Assembly (NCBI GenBank): GCA_012295275.1 | Contig: CM022677.1 | Coordinates: forward strand, 11,780,001-11,844,000 | Direction: 5' to 3' | Length of the DNA stretch: 64,000 nt | Origin: Chrysomallon squamiferum | Taxonomy: Eukaryota; Animalia; Mollusca | Part shown: positions 41,231-53,221 of the stretch, piece after piece | Layout: every line of letters starts with the position of its first letter | Numbering within the stretch: position 1 is the stretch's first letter | Translations under genes and position numbers: made by a program | Notes under the pieces: model-generated | The model's input: only the letters and a program-made list of their open reading frames with translations | Told to the model about the DNA's origin: nothing | Databases searched by the model: none

Positions 41231-41994
41231 TGGAGTAAAATAGAAAGCATATTTCTTGCCTAATTATCACATATTAATCAAGTTTCTTCTGCTGAACTTA
41301 AAAAGCGATTATATGTTTACCTGTTACAATTTATCACTAACCTTATGTCTATAGGACTAAAAAATAACACTCACTTTTGAAACCTCAAAATGCAGTATAG
41401 CGGCTGCAAGTCATAATATACCTCGGAGGCCAGAATTGCCCTGAGGCCAGAATTAAATAAAATAATTTTAGTGAATTTAGTAAATTCAGTGAATGATCTA
41501 TATTCAGCCGACTTGAATTATTATATTTTTTAAATTTTACTCAACACTCAGTCTTTTTTGTATATTTACTAATGTGTATGTTAAATAGAGTTGTTTCTCT
41601 TAGACCACGAACTTCTGAAATAGATTACGAGATGACGGTTAATTAGATTTGCTGCTTTTAGATGAAAATAACCAATTCTGTATAATGTTTTGTAGAAGAC
41701 AGAACCAGCTTATTAACATTCCTTGCATTTTCTTTTTCTTTTAACTAACCAGTATCATGTATTTTTGATTTAGTTAACGTGATATTATTATTTGATGAAT
41801 TATTGTAAAATTGCTATTTCATTTTTGTTTTTAATTTAATTTAATTTATTTATTTTATTTATTTATTTCATTTATTTTAGTTGAAAAAAGTAGTTAGGAA
41901 AGGCGCAAGAGATCACGGTTTTGAACAAACATCTTTATCAGTGTAAATGATAAAAAGTTCAGAAAGTAGACGTAAAATAATTGTATTTGGAAGT

Positions 41995-42062
41995 TTAATA
42001 ACTTCCGTGACCTCACGGAAACTTCCGATCGAAACCCAAGATGGCAGCATCGAACGCCAATC
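41995..42062 (+). promoter_or_regulatory. ETS plus YY1 motif cluster (copies at 48405-48470 and inverted at 57428-57492)
   Basis: ACTTCCGTGACCTCACGGAAACTTCCGATCGAAACCCAAGATGGCAGC contains tandem ACTTCCG/CGGAA cores followed by AAGATGGC. Locally CpG-rich. Confidence 0.5.
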
Positions 42063-45000
42063 AATATTTACACACGTTTAAACATATAGACCTTTATAAT
42101 GCAATAATTCTACATGGATCATTAAAAGTAATTTGGAGAAGTGTGTCATATAACCAGTGCCTCTTATACATAGATGGCTAATACTTTGTAGTAATTGCTG
42201 AAAACGTGGTAAAATATCTTTTTTTATTCTTTTTTGTTTTCTGACGCTGACGTAATATACCATCTCGTACCCATTTCGTACTACTTTTATTTTTTTTTCA
42301 CTTTTTAATACGACATCGTCAGCCAAGACATCATTTAAAAAAAAAAAAGTAAATAAATAGAAATAAAATAAAATAATTCAAATAAAATAAATTAAAATGA
42401 AATAAATAATTTTCACTGACGCTGGTTGGATATACACACATACACACACACATATATACACACATACATAAACACACACGAGTATAGGAATGAAAATGTA
42501 TTTGTATGTTTAGAAGATGATTAGTATGTATATGTATATAAAAGGATAAATAACTACATGTGTGTGTGTGTGTGTGTGAAAAAGAGTGGACAGATGGTAG
42601 ATGATAATAGACAGGTAAATTGATAGACAGAAGAAAGTAGATAGATTACTAGAAAGATAGATATATGCAAGGAGGCATGAGTATATACCTGCACATCTGT
42701 AAGAACGACCGACTCTGTTGCTTATGTATATGGCATAAACAGATAGATTAAATAAAAATATTTATAGAGAGATAACTAGATAGAAAGAGTATTTCTAAAT
42801 ACTTAAAAAGGATGTAAATAGAGAGTGTGTATACGTACGTGTGTGTGTGTGTGCGTATATGTTTGTGTGAGTGCAAGATAAACTGTGGCTATGTATAACT
42901 GAGAATGTGAGATAGATTGATATAGAGATAGACATCGCTTCAGAGAGAGATTGATAGGTTAGGTAGACAATAATTAGGTACATATATAGATAGATAGATA
43001 CAGCTAACATAGATAAACTGATGTGTTAGAGAGAATGGGTATATAAATGTGTGTCAAAGATAGTGTGCTTTTTGTGGATTTTTGAGAGAGATGATTGATA
43101 GAGAGATAATAGATTAAATATAAATAAATAAATACATGAGTGAATAGATTTATGTTTATATATGTGTGTGTTAGAGAGGGTAGATTATAGATTGATGGAT
43201 GGACACATACACAGAATAAACTATACAAACAACATAAATAGATACATAGATTCATAATCATGAGTATTTGTATTTATGTTAGAGGATTGGTATATAACTG
43301 AATGTATGAATAAGAGTTTGTTTATATGGGTGTTAGATGGCAGTTAGATAGCTAGACTGAGAGAGACTGACATGTAGGTGTGGTTATATGTGTTTGTGTG
43401 TTATAGAGAGAGAACAGGTATTGACCTCACTATGATTCAGAGAAGTATGCCATGTTTTTTCGAGAATGAGACATAATTATATAAATAAATATAGATATAG
43501 ACAGACAGACAGAGGATAGTGATGAATAAATGGTTAGCTAGACAGGTAATGGGCACATGTATATATGAGTAAGAAAATCATATGATTTCTTCATTAAAGT
43601 CTGTTTCTATGTTAGAAAGAGGTGAGCAGGTGCGAGTTTAAGCTAAACCACAGGTTGACCAATAACGAGACAGAGAGATAGACAAATAGAAATTGATGGT
43701 GAAATAAAACAAATATATAGATAGACAGATAGATAGATAGAAACATGCAGGTAAGTAAGAATGGATGGAGTGTTAGATGGAGGGATGGATGAAAGTTTTG
43801 GTTTAAAGAAGAATTGGGAAAATAATAAAAGGATAAAAAGAGGGAATGATGGACTGAAAGGTTTTCAATTGTATAAGCAATTACTTTTCAGACTTTATCA
43901 CATTGTTAACAAATAAGATCCTCATTGTAGGCCCATGGATTGAGTGATATATCAATGGAATTTGGCTTAATATATAAACTGTGTGATGAGGAATATGTGG
44001 AGTTAGGAGGGAGGCATGACTGGAAGTACCATTAAATTGTTAATGAGAGACTAGTGATTTCTGTTATTGTTTATGAAGAGAACATTAATATGGAAGTCTA
44101 GTCTGTGTTTATCTACACTGAAAGCAGAGTCTTCATCTGCTGATTAGAAGGTAAATATGATAAGATAAGAAGTGTCTATAATATTTTCTGTTAAATAGCA
44201 CATTAAACACAGAACCTATAATACTGAATTACACTTAAACATCTGGTAAAATAAAATAATCCAGCTAATTAGAGTAATATGGAGAGTGACAGAGAGAGTA
44301 AGAAAGCCAGATATTTAATATGTCATAAATTATTCTTAAGTACACATACACTTCTGTCTCTACTCTGTTGGTCTGTCTGTCTGTCTGTATAAAGAAAGGG
44401 CTTTCAAGGTAATGGCAATGTATTCAAAATTAGAAAAAAGTAGCAATACCCTATATATGTGAATTGCTATATAGAGATTGCTAAAATATACGGAGCGGCT
44501 AACCACACGAGATTTCTGTCTTCTCAGTATGAATAATCTGACATCATTTCTGAAATGAGTTTGAACACTTCAAAATAAATAGTACAAATTAAAATTTATA
44601 AAACTATACTTAATAATGTAGATTTTAAAAACAAAATCTGTGCTCAACCTGATTGCATGAAAGAGAAAAACAACACCACCTTTTAATTTAGAAAAATAAT
44701 CTTTACAAATATCGTTATATATGAATGTGTTCTAAAACATTTCTGAATTACTGTTACTGTTATATAAATATATGTTCACAAATGCAACACTGAGAGGAAT
44801 AAACTTCTTTAATCACCACCACTGATCAAGATATAAATGACTGGCATGATTTACATGTTTATGATGTTTCGTGTTTGAAACGTTTTTGCAGTTCATGCTT
44901 TGGGCTGCTTTTCGCTTCAAGTCAGCTCCAGGTCGTGCTTTTCACGTGACCCGCTACACACGGGAAGAGGGTGGAGCCCATGGACGTCGGTGTCCTTGCA

Positions 45001-45182
45001 TTGGACGTGAACGATTGGGAGAACCAAAGAAATCCAACTGTACAAGAAAAAAAGAAAAATGTTTATTTATTATATAATGTTATCTTTACTTCATTCGCAG
45101 TATAGCTGTGTCTAATATGAAAGTAGAGAATATTTGCGAAAAATAATAATGTTTTAAAATATTTTATTATGATACCTTATAC

Positions 45183-45341
45183 TCAGGATGTATCCATGGG
45201 TTCCTCAAATGGGTCAACCTCCACTGGTTGAATGTCTCTGTCGTCGAAGGGGTCAACCTCCATTGGTTGAATGTCTCTGTCGTCGAAGGGGTCAACCTCC
45301 ATTGGTTGAATGTCTCTGTCGTCGAATGGGTCAACCTCCAT
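45183..45341 (-). CDS. Candidate 52-aa acidic repeat peptide (MEVDPFDDRDIQP)x3-VEVDPFEEPMDTS in a spliced micro-gene (exons about 45825-45760, 45360-45176, 45037 to about 44860)
   Basis: 39-bp in-frame tandem repeat. ATG in strong context GCCCATGG. Acceptor ttattttcAG at 45362-45361, donor AAG|GTATC at 45176, next acceptor ttcttgtacAG at 45039-45038. Confidence 0.5.
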   Translation of the reverse strand: MEVDPFDDRDIQPMEVDPFDDRDIQPMEVDPFDDRDIQPVEVDPFEEPMDTS

Positions 45342-45819
45342 GGGCTCTTCGAAACGGATTCTGAAAATAACAGAATTGTTCAAATATTTATAGAAACCAT
45401 TCACTAAATATTTTTAGACATGAATAATTAATAAAATAATAGTTGTCAGGTAATGAGATATCTTTAACACTCCTTTATTCTTTTTAAATAAAAACATTCG
45501 ATAAAAACAAACTATCTGTAATTCATTGTTATTATTTTTATGTACAAATAAACATATATTGACAAGGGTATATTAATAATATAAGAAACAGGAATCATAG
45601 CATTAGAGGTTAGAAAGTAATGACTACACACAGTTTTCAGTTATCGTTGATTGTCTAATCTAAAACTAATCTAGCACAACCTCACTGTGAATAAAACAAT
45701 ATGTCCAGTTTGGACTAAATATGTTAATAATATAAAAATTAAACCTACACAAATGTAACCTTTATCACTTGCTGATGCATTTCAATATAAAAAGTAAAAA
45801 AGAAGGAAAGTAGAGTCAG

Positions 45820-45890
45820 AACTAACTCGAATGCGCTAATCTTCAATATCGCCAACTGTATATATGTAAACAAAGCATTGATGACGTCAT
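45820..45890 (-). promoter_or_regulatory. Candidate promoter: palindromic CRE, TATA-like box, Inr-like site
   Basis: ATGACGTCAT at 45881-45890, TATATA at 45859-45864, and TTAGTT about 35 nt further along the minus strand. Confidence 0.4.
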
Positions 45891-46214
45891 AGACCCGAAC
45901 GTAAAAACGAAGTTAGCCGAATATTAATTTATATTTTCAACTCCGATCGATATATAAATAAACACTATATAAAACCAAGTGTACGCTTAGTATAAATTCG
46001 AATTTGTAAGCACGAAATCTTCAGTGATTTAAATCTTATTATAATTTATCTTTTAACTATTGTCATCAATAATTATTTTTTTATTTTCAAAGTAATTCGT
46101 GTTATTTTAGGTATGTCTGCCGCAAATATGTCTTTCTATTCAAACCGAAACAAAACCAAGAACCGAGATGTACGATTAATGTAATAAATTAATCTAAATT
46201 TCTATGATTATATT

Positions 46215-46495
46215 TACTGATCACCATGTTCACATTCTTCACTTTATGATGTTTCGTAAATAACATAGTGTTTTAATAATTATTATCAGCTTTATATTCA
46301 TCGGGTTTTTTTTTTTGGTTTTTTTATCAGTTTGTGGTTTGAGCTGCTTTTCGCATCATGTCAACTGTCATGCCGTGCTTGTTGGACCACTACACACGGG
46401 AAGACGGTTTTGCCCATGGACACCCATGGAGGTGACCCATCCGTAGAAAGAAAGAAATCTACATCTACAAGAAGAAAGAACATTTTTAGTTACAT
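46215..46495 (-). repeat. Paralog of 44810-45075 (last exon of the candidate micro-gene)
   Basis: Shared TTTATGATGTTTCGT, TTG.GCTGCTTTTCGC.TCA, CTACACACGGGAAGA and GCCCATGGAC, with an acceptor at the equivalent position. Confidence 0.8.
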
Positions 46496-46499
46496 ATAA

Positions 46500-46769
46500 T
46501 AACATGCAACTTCAGTATCGAGATCACAATTTATGTTACATGTTTTATGTTGCAAACAGAGGCGCAGCTATAATATTATGTACTGAAAACACAGTTTATT
46601 GGAAAATACAAGTGTCCTTTTTTATTTAACAATATTAGATAATTTTATTTTGCATAAAAAATAAATAAATAATAAGCTTAATTTTTCATTAATTGGTATA
46701 ACGTACCTAACAAGTTGAATAATGAATCAACTTTTAAAGATGCCTATGAAAAACATTGAACGTCTTTCA

Positions 46770-46839
<70 letters not shown>

Positions 46840-49800
46840 TGTCAAGATAGTGGGGTTGCAATTTAGAGGTGAGATACTATATTAAAATGAACTAACTTCA
46901 ACATATTATTGACATTTACAGATGTATCTTTCATAAATACTTGCAACTTTAATACAGATTCTTATTATTAAAAATAAAGTAAAACACAAATTAATTAACT
47001 TAGTTAAGAATATAAATAAATAAATAATAAATAAATAAAAATCCTTCAGTATTTTCAGAATACACAGAATCTCTGCCAGTGAGATAAAATATCATCGCTG
47101 CTTTATTATCAATATTTTCTGCAGTGTTTATAACAAAATTACTGAAGTTATAATTACAGCTACACCTGCATTATCTCTACAGTCTGAGAGGTAGATAGGT
47201 AGGTGGATAAATATACAGACAGAGACATAGACAGTCCGACAGGCAGACATATAGATAGATAGATGGATAGACAGACCGACAGAGAGATTAAAATGACCAA
47301 TAAAAGAAAAGATGTTAAAAGCGAGGTTAATATGATATTATATTATAACGCATATACAAACATTTTCTTACAAGTTCATTTGCCTATGAAATGTAAAATG
47401 TCTCTCTATCTCTGTATCAATCCATAGCTATCGTCAGTGTATCTATTTAACTACATATATATCAACTTATGTATATAACTATCACAGAACACTGAAACAA
47501 GAAAAAAATAAAAGAGTAAGAAAGAAAATAACATGATTTCAGGCATATATTTATTATAAAGAAACAGTTATATTAAATAGAAATAAAAAATAATATATAG
47601 GTTTAAAAAAATAGTCATTTTAGTGAATTCAGTAAATTGAGTAAATGATCTGTATTCAGCAGACTTATGATGTCAGTAATAATCTTTTGTCGCTTCATTT
47701 ATTGAAAAAATATATATTTCTATGTGATTTCTTTTTGTTATTTTGTTCTTTTTTAACATTCTACTTCACACTCAGTCGTTTTTGTATATTTTCCAACGTG
47801 TTAAATAGAGTTATTTCCCGTAGACCACACACTTCTGAAATAGATTACTCCGCATATGCGATGCGACGGTAAATTAGATTTGCTGCTTTTAGATGAAAAG
47901 AACTAATTGTGTATAATATTTTGTAACAGACAGCACCAGCTTAATAACATTCCTTACGTTTTGTTTGTATTTTAAATAACCAGTTTCCTTTAGTTTTGGT
48001 TTATTTAATGTGTTATTATTATTTATTGAATTATTGTAAAATGCTTATTTTATTTAATGTTTTTATTCAAGTTAATTTATTTCTTTTCGATTTGTCACTT
48101 TAAAAACAATGAATTTATTTGCAAATTATTTGTTTATGAAATGTACAAATTAAACCTGAATCTTCGTTTCTGTTGGGGAACATTGCCAACTGGAAAAGTT
48201 AATACAGTAATCTTATAACAAATTATCATTTCAGTTTATTATACACACATTTGCATAAAAATAATCCAGTATGAAAAATTTGATTAAGTTGAAAAAGTAC
48301 TTAGGCAAGGTGTTACCTTTATCAGATCTAATTTACACATCATAAAAAAGTTATGAAAATAGATGTAAAATACTTGAAACTGGAAGTTCAAAACCCCGAT
48401 CAGACGGTTTCCGAGCGCTCACGGAAACTTCCGATCGAAATCCAAATGGCAGTGACGAACGCCGATCAGTGTTTACAAACTTTTAAACATCCAATCAAGT
48501 CTATATAGATTATTAAAAGTAATTTGGGGAATACATCATATAACTAATGTCGTGTATACGTATATTCCTATTATTGAGTAGTAATTGCTGCCAAGATCGA
48601 AACGAATTATTAATTAGTGTTTTTGTTTTCTCTGTAACTTTGACGTCATACTATCTCTAACAATATTTATCAGTGTTGATTGATTATTCTCCAAAAGTTA
48701 ACAGTGGATGATTCTTGGTTTTATCAGGAAGGGACTTTACAACTTCCTCTATAATGACTAAGGACACTGCACACACTATGTATGGTTCTACACTGCAAAT
48801 TAGAAATGATTGCAGAAGAAATGAAAATATGTGGAGCAATGATATTTTTAAATAGAGAGCAGGTTCCAGATTAATGTTGTTTTCATAAAGATTATTAGCA
48901 GTTAACTTGAGAGCAGCTGTAAGTGATTTAAAGGAATGGAGAGATGATTGACAGAGATATGAGACTGACTGTCAGATGAAAGGTTAACAGGTGAAGAGAT
49001 AAACAGGAAGATACAAAGAAAGAAAGAAGGATATATTGATAGATTGATAGACAGCTAGATCAGTAGAAGTTAACAAATGAACTGATAGATAGGTAGATAG
49101 GTAAACATGACAATGGCCATCTATCTATTCTGTGTATTCTTCTTTCTGTCATGTGTTTTGTGTGCCAGGCTGAGTAGACGTACAGATGTATATATAAATC
49201 ATACAGGTTGTAATGCAGGCACAGTTAGTTATGTATGTAGGTAGTTTGTCAGGGAGTTGGAGAGATGATTGATGGATGGTTATTGATCTGTTGTAATGTA
49301 GATATATAAACAGATAGGTATGTAGGTAAGTAGTTCAGTAGGTTGATATGTAGATATATGTCGACAGTCATCTAACAGATATCAGACACACAGAGATACA
49401 AACAGGTAGGTAGGTCAGTACTTCAGTAGATATATGTAGATAGTTAACTAATAGACAGCAGAGACACAGAGAGACAGGTAGATGTAGGCAAGTATGGATG
49501 GTAATGTGGACGACTGAATGTATATGGAGGTGTAGGTATGCATAAGGTTGGAGCAGGGAATAGTATATACTTGTGTATGGGAAGGAAAATTTGCTTGTGT
49601 TTTTTGAAGAGTGTGAATATACTGAGTGTATATGTGTGCAAACATACAGAAAAATAGGGAGATCTGTAGGAGATGTAGACAAGCATATGTTTAAATGACT
49701 GATAGATGTTATTGATGGTTATTGATTTCAGTGGATGGACAAGATAAAAGAAAATTAGACAGATTATATAACTGCTAGGTAGATTGATCAAGAGAAAATG

Positions 49801-50816
49801 TTTAGATAGACATACATATAGAAATGTGTGTAGATAGACATACATATGGAGATGTATGCATATGCATAAAAAAATGAATGTGTGTGTGTGTCTGTGTGTC
49901 TGTGTGTGTGCGTGTGTGTGTTCTGGTGATAAGCATAGCTAAATATGGGAATTGTGAATGAGAGTTATAAATGGACAGTATCACAGAAAGATAGATATAG
50001 AAAGTAGTTATAATTATTTAGGGAGATAGTCAGGAAGATGAAAAGGTGATTTCATGGATGGTTATTGATGGAATGTAATGTAGATGGATAGAGAAATATA
50101 TATATATATATGTGGAGGATAGACAGAGAGATATATAGATAGCTAAACAGATAGGCAGTTGCGTAGGTTCAGTAGATAGACAGAAAGATAGATAGAAAGA
50201 TAGAAGGATTGATGTGAAGCAAGATAGGTAATGTGATGGTAAAGTGGATGGCAGTAGATTTGAGGATGTATATGTGTAAGAAAATGATTATGTTAGAAAT
50301 GGCGTTAAGAGAGAGAATATATTTGGTAGATAAACAGACACACACACACACACACACAGCCAGACTCAAACACACGCAGACAAACATAGAGGATAGGATC
50401 TGTGTTTGGATTGAGTTAGTGATGAACTGATAGATTATAAGTAGCTATACAAGATAAATATTGATAGATTATACAGTTATAGAGAAATAAATACAGGTAG
50501 GTTATATAGATAAATATACAGAGGTAAATACAGGTAGATATCCAGAGATACATACGTATAGATTATACAGACAGATATACAGCAAGATAGCAAGGTTTAT
50601 ATAAGAAAGTAATATTCAGTGAGAAAGATATTCAGTGAGCTGGACATATGATTGATCGATTGTTATTGAAAAAATAGGCGTATAAGCTAGAGAGATAATA
50701 TAGTAGGTAGGTATGTTACTAGTTGGTATGTTACTGATATTTAGACAGACTGATAGATATATAGATAGTATGTGTGTTAAGGAATGGGTATGTGTTAATA
50801 TACAAACACACATGCA

Positions 50817-50876
<60 letters not shown>

Positions 50877-52210
50877 CTACATGTGTGTGTGTGTGTGTGT
50901 TATAGTTGATTGTATAATGTGTATAAAAGGGTGGGCAGATGGTACATGATAACAGATAGGTAAATTGATAGACAGAAGAAAGCTAGATAGATTACTAGAA
51001 CGATAGATAGATGCAAGGAGGCATGAGTTTATACCCACACAACTGTAGGAAAGACTGAGTCTGTTGCTTATGTATATGGGATAAATACATAGATAGATAA
51101 CTAGATAGAAAGAGTGTATTTAAATAATTAAAAATAATGTAAATAGAGAATGTGTGTGTGTTTGAATGTGTGCACAAAAGACTCTGCTATGTGTAACTGA
51201 GAAAGTGAGATAGATTGATATAGAGATAGACATATTGATCTCTTGAGAGATAGATTGATAGGTTTGGTAAGCAATAATTAGGTACATATATAGATATATA
51301 TACACAGATAACATAGATACATTGATGTGTATCTGTATGTTTTACAGAGAACGGGTATATAAATGTGTATAAAAAAAAGAAGTGTATGTACTTAAGAATA
51401 GGTTTATGACATATAAATATTTCCCTCTGGCTTTCTTACCCTCTCTGTCACTCTCCACACACATATATATATAACTTACACTTACTTATACTATGTAGAT
51501 AGATAGATAGAAACATGCAGGTAAGTAAGGATGGATGGAGTGTTAGACGGTTGGTTGGATGAAAGTTTTGGTGCAAAGACGAATTGGGAATGTAATAAAC
51601 GGATAAAAGGATGGAATGGTGGACAGAAAGGTTTTCAGTTATAGAAGCAATTACTTTTCAGACATTATGACATTCTTAACAAATAACCTCTTCACTGTAT
51701 CCATGGATTGAGGGATATACTGATGGAAGGTGGCTTAATCTATAAACGGTATGATAACAAATATATGGACTTAGGAGGGAGGCATGACTGGAGGTACCAA
51801 TAAATTGTTAATGAGAGACTAGTGATTTCTGGTATTGTTTATGAAGAGAACATTAATCTAGAAATCTACACTGAAAACATAGTCGCCATCTATTGGTAAG
51901 AAGTAAATATGATAAAATATAAAGATGTTTGTAGCAGTTTGTGTTAAAGAGTACATTAATCACAGAACCTGTAATACTTAATTATCAATTAATATCTGGT
52001 AAAATGAAATAATCCATCTAATTAGAGTAATCTGGAGATTGACAGAGAGAGTAAAAAGCCAGAGGGAAATAGTTATATATCATAACTTACTCTTAAGTAC
52101 ATACACTTCTGTCTATACTCTGTTGGTCTGTCTGTCTGTCTGTATATAGAAAGGGCTTTCAAAGTAATGACACTGTATTCAAAATTAGAAAAAGTAGCAA
52201 TACCCTATGT
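46500..52210 (+). repeat. Direct, rearranged paralog of 39660-44460
   Basis: 46500-46990 ~ 39660-40120; 47040-47410 ~ 40543-40955; 47620-48650 ~ 41468-42260; 50870-51370 ~ 42550-43050; 51495-52210 ~ 43730-44455. 48650-50850 is largely an (AGAT/AGAC)-rich insertion. Confidence 0.9.
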
Positions 52211-52407
52211 ATCCATCTGTTCATATATCTTCAGTAACTATGTATGTATGTATGTAGGTAAATCTATTTATCATAATCTGTCTATCTGTCTATCTATCTA
52301 ACCAATTAAATGTTACTGAACAAATCTTTATTAATGTACTAATTAGCCATTCCCTTTGGAAATGTTGCCACCCCTACACCACGGTGAGGTTCAGTACACG
52401 TAGGGGA

Positions 52408-52925
52408 TGTTAGTAATGGTTAGTATTTGTTAAATATTAGTATTTGGTTAATGGTTAGTATTTGTTAAATGTTAATATTTGGTTAATGGTTAGTATTTGT
52501 TAAACATTAGTGTTTGGTTAATGGTTACTATTTGGTTAATGGTATTATTTGTTAAATGTTAGTATTTTGTTAATGGTTATAATTTGTTTTAATTGTAAAA
52601 TAATATGTGTGTATGTGAATGTGTGTGTATGTTGATGTGTGTGTGTGTTTGTGTTTATACACGTATTCAGATAAGTATGTGGTAATTATTAGTAATTGTA
52701 ACTAATTGGTTAAGGTTAGTATTGTTAAATGTTAGTATGTTTGTGTGTGAGTGTATATGTGTTTGTATATATGTTAGTGTAGGTCTGTGTGTGTTCTGTC
52801 TGTATGGATATTCGTATGTGTCTGTATGGATGTATGTGTGTGTCTCTATATAACGTTTACTACCTGGTTAATGGTTAGTATTCATGTTAATTGTTAGTAT
52901 TTTGGTTGTATGTTAGTACTTATTA
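52408..52925. repeat. Degenerate tandem repeat of about 18-19 bp (ATG)GTTAGTATTTGGTTA mixed with (GT)n
   Basis: Direct inspection. Confidence 0.85.
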
Positions 52926-53221
52926 ATTAAAAAACAATACAAACCTGAGCCCACCTCTCAAGGGTTATAGAGCTGCACGGAGCATAACCAGCTTCACGTC
53001 AACATCATCAACACAATCTCCTATAGCACTGATATGCTGGGGCAAAAGGGACAGAATGTTATTATCACTGCAGATATTACCAACTTCAAATAAATATTTT
53101 ACAAATAAATGTCTGTATCTATTACTGTTACTATCATCATCATAAAATATAAAAAATGACAGAAGGATGCCAGCTGAAGTTAAAGCAATACACCTAGAGT
53201 AACGTTGTAAGGTTTCTAATA

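Larger units (their letters stand above)
35640..43955 (+). repeat. Left arm of a large inverted duplication
   Basis: Collinear with the reverse complement of 55487-64000. 43900-43955 pairs with 55487-55542 and 35640-35725 pairs with 63908-64000. Confidence 0.95.

Noticed and set aside
42078-42326. 82-aa ORF as a gene
   Set aside because: No recognisable motif, and the frame is broken in the paralogous copies at about 48480-48660 and 57155-57420.
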